A stretch of 38,844 bases of DNA from Candidatus Xenobia bacterium (GTDB taxonomy: Bacteria; Vulcanimicrobiota; Xenobia; Xenobiales; QWHO01): positions 1-38,844 of the forward strand of contig BTUM01000076.1 of NCBI GenBank assembly GCA_045863235.1. The letters run 5' to 3'. A program made the translations under genes and the position numbers. This document shows, one piece after another, positions 18,038-27,062 of this stretch. Under the pieces are notes generated by a model. It worked only from the letters and a program-made list of their open reading frames with translations. It had not been told where the DNA came from and did no database searches. Position 1 is the stretch's first letter. Every line of letters starts with the position of its first letter.

Positions 18038-19146
18038 AGGTTCTTCCCGATCAGCGTTACGACTGCCTGCAGTGCGGACGCTCGTGCCAGGGCTGGGCGG
18101 TCGAGGTCGACCCGGGCACCCGGGGTCGGCTGCGCGACAGCCCCATCGAGCTTCGAGTGCTGCAAGAGACCGGTTTGACGGCCACGCTGCTTCCTGGCGA
18201 TGGGCGCAAGGTGCTCATGGCGCGCCGTGAGGGCGCCTGTGTCTACCTCGACGAGAAGAACCTCTGCCGCATCCACGGCGAGATGGGCCCGGGGGCCAAG
18301 CCGCTGGGCTGCCGCCAGTTTCCCTTTCTGCCCGTGGAGACCCCCGAGGGCGTTTCCCTGGGCCTATCGTTCTACTGCACGGCGGTGCAGCAGAACTACG
18401 GCCGTCCGCTGGAGGAGCAGAGCGATGAGCTCTCGGCGCTGCTTCAGCGTCTGGCCCCGCGGCGAGTAGGCTTCGAGCCCCTCTGGCTGGACGAGGGAGT
18501 GCCCCTGGAGTGGCCCGAATACCTCCGCCTGGAAGCCTTCCTCCTCGAGGGCCTGAGCGGGCCCGATCCGGCCGAGACCCCCCTGGCAGCCAGCCTCTGG
18601 GGGGCCTGCCAGCCGGGCCTGCAGCTCGACCTGGCCCGGGCCGCCCTCTTTGACACCGCCCAGGAGCTGTGGGACATCCGCTTCATGTGCCTGGCCATCC
18701 TGGTGGCCAGCCAGGAAGCCCCCGACCCCGACTCGATCACTGCCATGGCCGAAGACCTCAAGCACGACCGCCCGGTCACCTTCGCCCGCCTGGGCTGGAG
18801 CGGCCGGCGCAGCACCATCGACGCCGAGTTCGCCGATCTGCCCGAGTGGGTCGAGCAGGAGATCCGCCGCTATCTCCGAGCCCTGGTTTTTCGCAAGTTC
18901 CTGGCCCTGGATCGCCCGGTGCTGCAGAACCTGGTCTGCCTCTTCATGCTGCCCGCGCTGCTGCGCTGCTTTACCCTGGTCTCGCGCCTGAGCCACGGGG
19001 GAGAGCTCGTCCGGGAGGACTACTTCCGGGCTTTAAGCCTGGTGGAGAAGGATCTCACCCACACCCGCCAGGGTGCCGAGGGTACCTGGGCCAGCTTTGC
19101 GCGCCTTTACCGGGAAACCATCGCGCTGGTCGCTCGATACGTCTGA
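18034..19146 (+). CDS. YkgJ/FliB-like cysteine-cluster protein
   Basis: YDCLQCGRSCQGW, CVYLDEKNLCRIH, KPLGCRQFPF, LSFYC; GTGA overlap with the pilin gene. Confidence 0.82.
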   Translation: MKVLPDQRYDCLQCGRSCQGWAVEVDPGTRGRLRDSPIELRVLQETGLTATLLPGDGRKVLMARREGACVYLDEKNLCRIHGEMGPGAKPLGCRQFPFLPVETPEGVSLGLSFYCTAVQQNYGRPLEEQSDELSALLQRLAPRRVGFEPLWLDEGVPLEWPEYLRLEAFLLEGLSGPDPAETPLAASLWGACQPGLQLDLARAALFDTAQELWDIRFMCLAILVASQEAPDPDSITAMAEDLKHDRPVTFARLGWSGRRSTIDAEFADLPEWVEQEIRRYLRALVFRKFLALDRPVLQNLVCLFMLPALLRCFTLVSRLSHGGELVREDYFRALSLVEKDLTHTRQGAEGTWASFARLYRETIALVARYV

Positions 19147-19244
19147 GCAAAGACGAATAGAGCCCAATACAACCGCTCCCGGCTTCGCTGGAGTTTCAGC
19201 GACGACAGAGGATACCATCTCCTGAACCAGGAATCTCTGAGCCC

Positions 19245-21419
19245 ATGGGGTCACGTCTTCGGTCTCTGCTACTCCTCTCGTTGCTCTTTCTGGTTGCATG
19301 CGGTGGAGGCGAAGGCCTCCAGGGCGGGCCACCGGTAGGTCCTTTGGATGACGGAATCCAGGCACCCGAGGATCCCGGCCCCTTTACAGCCACCACGAAA
19401 GGTGAGGAGGTCGAGGCGCTGATCGGGCCGGACGGCGGTCAGCTGGAGGTCGTCACGGAGACAGGCAACAAGTTCAGCCTGACGCTCCCCCCCGGCGCGT
19501 TGGAGGAAGAGACCACCATCACTCTGGCCCCGGTGACCTTGAGCGGTCTGGGCTTCGAGGTTCTCTACGCGGTTCGATGCCTGCCCGAGGGTACCGAGTT
19601 CATCGTCCCCGGAGAGCTGGCGCTCGAGCTCTCGGACGGGGCTGACCTGGCCGGGCTGGTCCCGTTCACCGTGAACGATGCGGGAACCCGGAGAAGCCTG
19701 TTGCTCGGGCGGGTCGAGGGGAATCGGCTGATCGTGCCGGTGCAGCACTTCTCGTTCTTTGGCTATTCGGGTGCGCTGAACTCGCTCGAGAGCTGGACCG
19801 ACTCCATCATCGCCAATCCAAACCTTCCCCCGCCTTCAGAAGAAGAGACGCTGGCAAACTCGCTGGCCGGACTGATCTTGTTCGATTCAACCCAGGTGGG
19901 AGGCCCCGCCGTCCAGAACCTGCTCAGCGACCACTTCAACAACTCCCTGCTTCCCTTCATGGAGGCTGCGGCAACCTCGGACGACCGGCTCGTCGTTTTC
20001 AGGGCCTTGCGAAGGTATCTCCACTTCATCCAGGCGGTCAGCTTTTCCGGAGCCAGCATCCAGCAATTCGAGCCCGCCGCCAACCCCCGGTTGGTGGCCC
20101 TGCTCAAGCGGATGATCCACCTGGAGGGCCAGCGAATGGTCCGGGCCAACAATCTCGACCACATGCCCAAGGTGCTTCGCTGGGCTGCCCTGGCCCAGCA
20201 GCTGGGTCTGGACACGCCCGAGAACGGCCTGGACATGGACTCGATCACGGCCAGCCTGCCGCTCAAACTCGTCACCCGGCCGGACAATGCTCACGGGAAC
20301 GGTCCACATCCTGATGACGAGCACTTTGGCACCTATCCAAACGGAGATACATCCCTCGATCTGATCCCGTTCCCCAAGATCCTCGACCAGGGTGAGGAGA
20401 AACTGCTCGACATTACTTGCGGCTATCAGTTGGGCGACAAGCAGCCCATGAGCGACCAGGTCGTCCGGATCTCCGTACTCCTGGAAGGCGGCGACCCGGG
20501 GTCGAGCCCCAACCTGGAAACCATCCCCGGTCAGAGAACCACTTCGGGTACCGTGGATGGCGTCGTAGAGGTGGTGACGGCGCCGCAATTTTCTGGGCAC
20601 GCGGGCACGCTGAGCACCAACCTTCTGGTCAAGCTGGCTGACAACTCGGATGGAATCAACATCATCGTGGACGCCAGCCTGCACGTGAAGAAACGATTCA
20701 CCCTGCGGGTCGAAGGCAAGCTCTTCATGGGGCCATTGCAGGGCCCGACGACCATGTCCGAGGGCTCGACGGCAACCATCAGGATGCCGCTGCTGCGCAA
20801 GGGAACCAAACGACTGGGAGGCAAAGCGGTCGAGTTCTCGGTGGTGGGAGGCGGCTCTCTGCCTGCCGGCCCGATTCTCACCGACTCGAACGGGGTGGCC
20901 GAGGTCCAGTACACGGCCCCCTCCACCGCCGGGGGGCAGGTCACCATCCAGGCCAGCTACGTCGACGGGGATCAGACGGTCACCGAGTCGATCACCATCA
21001 CCATCTTGCCCCCGCAACTGGGGACCACGTGGAATGGCACCCATACCGGAGTGACCACTACCTTCAACAACAATCCTCCAACGCCAGGCCCTCCTGGCGC
21101 TGCCTCACTGACGCTGCAATTCGGCAACGAGTTTCTGGGGGGAAGGACGATCTCTGGCGGGATGATGACCTTCGCAAACGATCAGGGAAACATCTATCGC
21201 ACCCTGGTCATCACCGGTGGCTCGTTCACCTACAGTTCCCGGGAACTCGATCTCAACTGCAGGGTCGAGCCCTTCAATTCATTCTCGCAGGGTGGATTCA
21301 TTCGAGCGGTGCTGTCAGCTGACGAGTCGACCCTGACGAACGGGACGTATCAAGAGGTGATTCAGACCCTGATCAATCGCATCATGTTTACCAGCACCTT
21401 CCAGCTCACCCGCAACTGA
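19245..21419 (+). CDS. Large lipoprotein with ZU5-like N-terminal domain and invasin-type (Big_1-like) Ig domain
   Basis: Lipobox LLFLVA/CGGG; IGPDGGQL...LTLPPGAL...HFS; VEFSVVGGGSL...TDSNGVAEVQYTAP. Confidence 0.75.
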   Translation: MGSRLRSLLLLSLLFLVACGGGEGLQGGPPVGPLDDGIQAPEDPGPFTATTKGEEVEALIGPDGGQLEVVTETGNKFSLTLPPGALEEETTITLAPVTLSGLGFEVLYAVRCLPEGTEFIVPGELALELSDGADLAGLVPFTVNDAGTRRSLLLGRVEGNRLIVPVQHFSFFGYSGALNSLESWTDSIIANPNLPPPSEEETLANSLAGLILFDSTQVGGPAVQNLLSDHFNNSLLPFMEAAATSDDRLVVFRALRRYLHFIQAVSFSGASIQQFEPAANPRLVALLKRMIHLEGQRMVRANNLDHMPKVLRWAALAQQLGLDTPENGLDMDSITASLPLKLVTRPDNAHGNGPHPDDEHFGTYPNGDTSLDLIPFPKILDQGEEKLLDITCGYQLGDKQPMSDQVVRISVLLEGGDPGSSPNLETIPGQRTTSGTVDGVVEVVTAPQFSGHAGTLSTNLLVKLADNSDGINIIVDASLHVKKRFTLRVEGKLFMGPLQGPTTMSEGSTATIRMPLLRKGTKRLGGKAVEFSVVGGGSLPAGPILTDSNGVAEVQYTAPSTAGGQVTIQASYVDGDQTVTESITITILPPQLGTTWNGTHTGVTTTFNNNPPTPGPPGAASLTLQFGNEFLGGRTISGGMMTFANDQGNIYRTLVITGGSFTYSSRELDLNCRVEPFNSFSQGGFIRAVLSADESTLTNGTYQEVIQTLINRIMFTSTFQLTRN

Positions 21420-21463
21420 CCTCACGGGACAGGATTCCTTTCCCCGGCTTGGAAGGGCCCGAA

Positions 21464-23674
21464 GTGATCAAAATCGGCGTCCTGACCAGCGGGGGCGATT
21501 CTCCGGGAATGAATGCCGCCGTTCGCGCGGTGACTCGCATGGCCGTCCGCCTGGGGGCCGAAGTCCTGGCCATCCGAGAAGGCTATCAGGGGATGGTGGA
21601 GGGCGGCAACTGCATCCAACCCCTGGCCTGGAGCTCGGTGGGGGGCTGTCTGCACGTGGGGGGCACCATCATCGGCACGGCCCGCAGCGCCCGCTTCCGT
21701 GAGCGCGAGGGGCGGCTGTGCGCGGCCGAAAACCTGCTGCGGCGGGGCGTGGATCGACTGGTGGTCATCGGGGGCGACGGGAGCCTCAGCGGCGCCCTGA
21801 TCCTGCACCAGGAGTGGCAGGGTCTGGTGGCCGAGTTGCTCTCCGCCGGCCGCGTCGACGAGGAAACCGCCCGGGCCCATCCCCACCTGGCCATCATCGC
21901 TCTGCCCGGCTCCATCGACAACGACCTGTGGGGCACCGACGTGAGCATCGGGGCCGATACCGCCCTGCACCGCATCGTGGAGGCGGTGGACTCGATCTTC
22001 AGCACGGCCAGCAGCCACCAGCGCACCTTCGTGATCGAGGTGATGGGCCGCAACTGCGGCTACCTCGCGCTCATGGCCGCCACGGCCATCGGAGCCGAGT
22101 GGGTCATGGTGCCCGAGGCGCCGCCGCCCGCCGGCGCCTGGGAGGAGCAGATGTGCCAGGTGCTGCAAGCCGGGCGAAAAGCCGGGCGGCGAGCCAGCCT
22201 GGTGCTGGTGGCCGAAGGAGCCCGCGACAGCAAGGGACAGCCGATCACTTCCCAGCAAATCCAGACCGTGCTCACCGAGCGATTGGGAGAAGACGTACGG
22301 GTCACCATCCTGGGCCACGTCCAGCGAGGAGGCTCGCCCAGCGTCTTTGATCGCAACCTTTCCAGCATGCTCGGAGCCGAAGCCGCCCGGCTGGCGGTGG
22401 AGGCCGCGCCCGAGACCGAGCCCGTGCTGGTGGGGTTACGGGGCAATCGCTGTCAAACCGTACCCCTGGTCGAGGCCCTGGAGCGCACCCGCGAGCAGAC
22501 CCGGGCCGTGGTGGAGCACGACTACGAGCAGTCGCTCAAGTTGCGCGGCGCCAGCATGCGCGAAGCCTGGAGCTCGATGCAGACCATCGTGATGGCTGCC
22601 CCGCGCACGCCCGGAGAGCAGCCCGGCTCGCTGCGATTGGGAGTGCTCAACGCCGGGCCGCCCGCTCCGGGCATGAACATGGCCGTGCGAGCCGCCGTGC
22701 GCCTGCTGGTCTCGCAGGGTCACCAGGTGCTGGGTATCCGCCGCGGCTTTCGCGGGCTCTTAGAGGGCGACCTCATCGAGCTGGACTGGATGAGCGTGAC
22801 GGGCTGGTCGCCCAGCGGAGGCTCTGAGCTCGGCACCGTGCGCTACGTCCCCAGCGGCCACGATCTCTACGCCATGGCACGCCAGCTCGAAGAGCACAAG
22901 CTGCAGGGCCTGCTGGTCATCGGAGGACTGTCGGGCTACGAGACGGGCTTTGCCATGCTGCAGCAGAGCAAGGTCTTCCCCAGCTTCAACATTCCCATCG
23001 TGTGCGTGCCCGCCAGCATCGACAACAATCTGCCCGGCACCGAGCTGAGCATCGGCACCGACACCGCTCTCAACAACGTGATCGATGTGGTCGACAAGAT
23101 CAAGCAGTCGGCCGTGGCCACCCAGCGCTGCTTCGTGGTGGAGGTCATGGGGGGAAAGTGCGGCTACCTGGCCCTGATGGCCGGTCTGGCCACCGGGGCA
23201 GAGAAGATCTACCTGCCCGAAGAGGGGATGACCGCTCAGGGCCTGCTCGACGACCTCAAGGAGCTGACGGCCGGATTTCGTCACGGCAAAAGGCTGGGAC
23301 TGGTCATCCGCAACGAGCACGCCAACACTTTCTACACCACGCCGTTCGTGGTGGCTCTCTTCGAGGAGGAGGGGGGCGAGCTGTTCGAGGTCCGCCAGGC
23401 CATCCTGGGGCATCTGCAGCAGGGGGGCAATCCCAGTCCCTTCGACCGGCTGCTGGCCATCCGTCTGGTGCGGCGCGCCGTGGAGCACCTGCTGCAGCAG
23501 GCCCGCGAAAGCCACCCCAGCAGCGCCTTCGTGGGGATGGAGGAGGGCAAGATCACCCTGGGCGACCTGGCCGATTACGACCGCCTGGTCGAGCGCCAGA
23601 CCCACCGGCCCAGGGAGCAGTGGTGGCTGCACCTTCGCCAGCTGGCCCGTGAGCTGAGCAGCGCGCCGAAGTGA
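21464..23674 (+). CDS. pfkA: 6-phosphofructokinase, tandem-duplicated (eukaryote-type) form
   Basis: N-half: IGVLTSGGDSPGMN, GGDGS, PGSIDND, EVMGR, LGHVQRGG. C-half: NAGPPAPGMN, PASIDNN, EVMGG, LGHLQQGG. GTG 21464 preferred over TTG 21449. Confidence 0.93.
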   Translation: MIKIGVLTSGGDSPGMNAAVRAVTRMAVRLGAEVLAIREGYQGMVEGGNCIQPLAWSSVGGCLHVGGTIIGTARSARFREREGRLCAAENLLRRGVDRLVVIGGDGSLSGALILHQEWQGLVAELLSAGRVDEETARAHPHLAIIALPGSIDNDLWGTDVSIGADTALHRIVEAVDSIFSTASSHQRTFVIEVMGRNCGYLALMAATAIGAEWVMVPEAPPPAGAWEEQMCQVLQAGRKAGRRASLVLVAEGARDSKGQPITSQQIQTVLTERLGEDVRVTILGHVQRGGSPSVFDRNLSSMLGAEAARLAVEAAPETEPVLVGLRGNRCQTVPLVEALERTREQTRAVVEHDYEQSLKLRGASMREAWSSMQTIVMAAPRTPGEQPGSLRLGVLNAGPPAPGMNMAVRAAVRLLVSQGHQVLGIRRGFRGLLEGDLIELDWMSVTGWSPSGGSELGTVRYVPSGHDLYAMARQLEEHKLQGLLVIGGLSGYETGFAMLQQSKVFPSFNIPIVCVPASIDNNLPGTELSIGTDTALNNVIDVVDKIKQSAVATQRCFVVEVMGGKCGYLALMAGLATGAEKIYLPEEGMTAQGLLDDLKELTAGFRHGKRLGLVIRNEHANTFYTTPFVVALFEEEGGELFEVRQAILGHLQQGGNPSPFDRLLAIRLVRRAVEHLLQQARESHPSSAFVGMEEGKITLGDLADYDRLVERQTHRPREQWWLHLRQLARELSSAPK

Positions 23675-25129
23675 TCAGCCCGGGCGGGTGCGCACGGGAA
23701 CCCCGCCCACGATCACCCGCCCGGCCTGCTCGTCGATGCCCGGGGCCGGGCCCTGCAGGGTGGACTGCACCGAGGCCAGCAGCTCTTTCTTGGAGAGGAA
23801 GCGCACCGCTTCGACCCGGTGGTCCTCGATGAGCCGGTTGGGCCCGGGCGGGGTGGGGTTGCCCGGCTGGTACAGGCTCCCGTAGCCCTGGCTGGCCCCC
23901 TGGGCCACACTGCGGGCGGTCTCCTTCAGGCCCTTGCGGCTGAGCAGGCCCTTGAGGGCCCCTCCCAGGGCCCCCAGCGCCCCTCCGGCCAGGCCCAGGG
24001 CCAGGTTGCCCTGACCGGCCAGGGTCGGCGGGGGCTCGGGCGAGAGGACCTGATACAGCATCCCCGAGCCGGAAGCGCGCACCGCGCCTTTCCAGGGGGT
24101 GGACTCGATCTCTCCAGAGGGGGGCAGGAAGCTGAGCTGGCCCCCGGTGTTGGTGTAGAAGTTGCCCTTGCCGTCAAAGGAGCCCTCCAGCACCGGGGCG
24201 GGGGCCTGGCAGCTCCAGGCCACGTCGCCCTCGGCCGAGAGGCGGGTGAGCGTCTTGCCGAAGACCGCCAGAAGCGAGCCGTCCGGCGACAGGAAGACGT
24301 CCTTCACGGGCCCGTTGTGACGCCAATTCTGGTGCAGGGTGGCGGCCTCGTGAGCGCTCAGTCTTCCCAGGCTGTCGCGCACGAAGACCTGCCCGTCCTG
24401 GCCCAGCCAGGCGGCCCGGCCGTGCTCGGGCACATCCAGCCCCTCGACCTTGCGTCCTCGCTCGTCGGGACGCACGAGCTGGAGATACTGCTCCGACTTC
24501 TCGCCGATGCCGGCCACCAGAAGCGTCCGGCCGTCCACCATGCCGACCACCTCTTCGCCCGGGGCCAGGGACAGGGGAAACTGCTCCTGGCCCGTGGCCG
24601 GTGAGCGAACCGAGACGCTCTGGCGCCCGTCGGCGGCGATGTTGACGGTAAAGAGCGCCTGGCCATCGGCTGACAGGCCAACCGGGTAGTAGCTCAGCCC
24701 CCCGATGGGCTGGCGCCACAGCTCCTGGCCATCGAGCTGGCGGGCCACCAGGTGGCCCTCGTCCGTGCGATAGATCAGGCTCTGACCTCCGGCCAGCAAA
24801 GGCTGGGACAGGTTCAGGGAGCCTTCCTGGCCCAGCTCGGTGGTCTGACCGGTGGGCTCCATCCGATAGAGCTTGCCCCCGGCCGCGAAGTAGGCCTCGT
24901 CGCCCGGGCCCGGAGTCAGCTGAGGCGGCACGGCGCCACGATGCACGAACGAGCCCGTGGCGGTCAACTGCGAGGTGGCCTCCGAGCCGAAGAAGCCGGG
25001 TTTGGGGATCAGCCCCGAGTCCTCGCTCTGGCTGGCGACGACCTGATCCACCGGCGCCGGCGCGCCGGGGGCGCCCGTTCCCCGGGTGGAGTGGGCGGTC
25101 GTGCCGCGATGAACCGGATGCAGTTGCAT
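23675..25129 (-). CDS. PQQ-like beta-propeller repeat protein with low-complexity N-terminus
   Basis: Blade-like segments DGQELWR, LSADG, LSPDGS, GDVAWS, FDGKGNFY; no Sec signal seen. Confidence 0.7.
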   Translation of the reverse strand: MQLHPVHRGTTAHSTRGTGAPGAPAPVDQVVASQSEDSGLIPKPGFFGSEATSQLTATGSFVHRGAVPPQLTPGPGDEAYFAAGGKLYRMEPTGQTTELGQEGSLNLSQPLLAGGQSLIYRTDEGHLVARQLDGQELWRQPIGGLSYYPVGLSADGQALFTVNIAADGRQSVSVRSPATGQEQFPLSLAPGEEVVGMVDGRTLLVAGIGEKSEQYLQLVRPDERGRKVEGLDVPEHGRAAWLGQDGQVFVRDSLGRLSAHEAATLHQNWRHNGPVKDVFLSPDGSLLAVFGKTLTRLSAEGDVAWSCQAPAPVLEGSFDGKGNFYTNTGGQLSFLPPSGEIESTPWKGAVRASGSGMLYQVLSPEPPPTLAGQGNLALGLAGGALGALGGALKGLLSRKGLKETARSVAQGASQGYGSLYQPGNPTPPGPNRLIEDHRVEAVRFLSKKELLASVQSTLQGPAPGIDEQAGRVIVGGVPVRTRPG

Positions 25130-25204
25130 ACACTGCTAGTTTACGCCGGGAGGGCTCAAAAAAACCTGCCCGGGCTCCCCGAACGCAGGCGCGATTCGCA
25201 CTTC

Positions 25205-25312
25205 TAAAGTGCAAGGCCTTTGGTCTTGCACTTTACAACGCGCTGGAACGCAGTTCCGGCGCGTTCGTCAGATTGTGCTAATGTGCAAAACCAAAGTGCG
25301 AGCACATTAGCA
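25205..25312. repeat. Composite inverted-repeat element: two inverted 31-nt palindromic units around a central hairpin
   Basis: Hairpin 25205-25235 (taaagtgcaag...cttgcacttta); hairpin 25237-25265 (aacgcgctggaac/gttccggcgcgtt); hairpin 25276-25312 (tgctaatgtgc/gcacattagca). Reverse complement of 25205-25235 matches 25279-25309 at 24/31 nt. Confidence 0.85.
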
Positions 25313-25423
25313 AAGAATTTGGGCCAGGAAGCGAAAGGTAACCCGGGTTAACAGTTCGTCTACAGACGAGGACCCTCCAATCCGCGAAGCTGGGGCAACG
25401 ATTCTCAAAGGGGCTGATTCCGC

Positions 25424-25807
25424 ATGCTGGTCGTTTCCTCACCCATCAAAGCAAGTGCCGCTGGCGGGCGTCGCGGCGGGCTCGACGTGCCCGGGACCGG
25501 CGTGCACGAAAACATGGTCGAGAAGCTCGAGAGCCTGAAAGACAACCTGGTCCTGGACGCCACTGAGCTGACCAGCCCGGATGCGCGCGCGCATCTGGCA
25601 GAGTTGGGCTTCAGGCACGAAAAGACGACCTCTGAGCAGGAGAGCTACGTGCTGGGCCGCGCTCACCTCTACGGGGCCGGCCAGCGCGCCCTTCTGGGGA
25701 CGGACGGAAGCTGCCAGCTGGTCACCTTTGCCGACAAGTGGGTGCAGTTGACCCGGCTCGACGACCAGGGGCGCCGGCTGTCCAACGCGGTCGAACGGCT
25801 CCCATGA
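25424..25807 (+). CDS. Small hypothetical protein; true start may be the downstream MVEKLE Met
   Basis: GC3-rich codon usage in the 3' part; no recognisable motif. Confidence 0.55.
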   Translation: MLVVSSPIKASAAGGRRGGLDVPGTGVHENMVEKLESLKDNLVLDATELTSPDARAHLAELGFRHEKTTSEQESYVLGRAHLYGAGQRALLGTDGSCQLVTFADKWVQLTRLDDQGRRLSNAVERLP

Positions 25808-25825
25808 GGGATGCCTGAAACCAGG

Positions 25826-25972
25826 TCAACCATCCGCATCCGGTCTGACCGGCACCAGGCGGACGACTGGCACCCCGTCCTTGCAGATCAGAACGTCTTC
25901 GCCCTCAAGCGCGGCATTGACCATGGAACTCAAGACAGCCTTCGCTCGGGAGAGCGCACTGAACCCGGCCAA
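25826..25972 (-). pseudogene. Phd/YefM (prevent-host-death) family antitoxin, short or truncated, no toxin partner
   Basis: Manual translation, not in the ORF track: (M)AGFSALSRAKAVLSSMVNAALEGEDVLICKDGVPVVRLVPVRPDADG*; fits the AK..LS....A..GE.V.I.K.G.P..RLVP pattern. Confidence 0.75.
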
Positions 25973-26043
25973 TGGCTGATTCAAGACCGGTGCTTGTCAT
26001 TGTATCGAGCAGGAGTGCAAAGCGGTGACCGGAAGCGCACACC

Positions 26044-26997
26044 ATGCCGGGTTCGCTGCTCCAGGCCGCCCACGAGCGCAGGCGCCCCCTGCTGGAAGCG
26101 CTCGCGCAGGAAGGCACCGACTGCTACCGCCTCTTCCACGGCGTGGCCGAGGGCTATCCGGGCCTGGCGGTGGACCGCTATGGCGAGCTGCTCTTCGTGC
26201 AAACCTTTCGTGAGCCGCTCGGCGACGAGGAACGCGCCGCCGTCGAGCGGGCCCTGGCCTGCTGGGAGCTGCCGGTGGTCTTCCGCCACCGCCCCGACGG
26301 ACCGGCCGCCCCGTCGAGCCTGGCCACCTGCCACGAGTTAGGGCGCCAGCTCACGGTGCGCACCCATCACTCGGGCCTGGATCCCTATCTCTTCCTGGAC
26401 CTGCGGGTGGCCCGCCGCTGGCTGGCCGGCCACCACCAGGGGAGTCTCCTCAACCTGTTCGCCTACACCTGCGCGGTGGGGGTGGTGGCTTCCGGCAGCG
26501 GCTCCAGCCTCAATGTGGACTTTAGCCAGCGTCACCTCGAGGTGGGCGCTCGCAACGCCCGCCTGAACCAGATCCCAGCCGACCGATTCGGGACCCTGTG
26601 TGAGGATGTGCTGCCGGTGCTCCGCCAGCTGGCCGGCCTGCCGGTCAAGGGGCGGGGAGCCCAACGGCCCTACAAGCGCGTGGAGCCGCGCCAGTTCGAC
26701 ACCGTGTTCCTGGATCCGCCCACCTGGTCGCGGGGTCGGTTCGGGGCGGTGGACATCGTGCGCGACTACGCCGCGCTGGCCCGGCCGGCCCTGCTCGCCA
26801 CCCGGCCCGGAGGCCGCCTGGTCGCGACCAACCATGCCCCCGAGGTAGCTCTGGCGGAGTGGCTGGAAGGCCTGAGGCGCTGCGCCCTCAAGTGGGGACG
26901 CCGGATCGTGGAGGTCGAGGTGCTCGCGCCGGACAGCGACTTTCCCTCGCTGGATGGCTCGCCCCCCCTTAAGATCGCGGTGCTGGGAGTTTCGTAA
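26044..26997 (+). CDS. Class I SAM-dependent methyltransferase, RlmI/RlmK-like
   Basis: YRLFHGVAEGYPGLAVDRYG, LFLDLR, LLNLFAYT, NVDFS, VFLDPP. Confidence 0.85.
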   Translation: MPGSLLQAAHERRRPLLEALAQEGTDCYRLFHGVAEGYPGLAVDRYGELLFVQTFREPLGDEERAAVERALACWELPVVFRHRPDGPAAPSSLATCHELGRQLTVRTHHSGLDPYLFLDLRVARRWLAGHHQGSLLNLFAYTCAVGVVASGSGSSLNVDFSQRHLEVGARNARLNQIPADRFGTLCEDVLPVLRQLAGLPVKGRGAQRPYKRVEPRQFDTVFLDPPTWSRGRFGAVDIVRDYAALARPALLATRPGGRLVATNHAPEVALAEWLEGLRRCALKWGRRIVEVEVLAPDSDFPSLDGSPPLKIAVLGVS

Positions 26998-27062
26998 CAA
27001 ATGCTTCACCTGTTTGGAAAGGTGTTCGAGGGATAAAGGCAATCAGAGGTGAAGTAGACCCC

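Noticed and set aside
25811..26341. 176-aa plus-strand ORF
   Set aside because: It is the antisense of the Phd remnant joined to an off-frame reading of the methyltransferase gene
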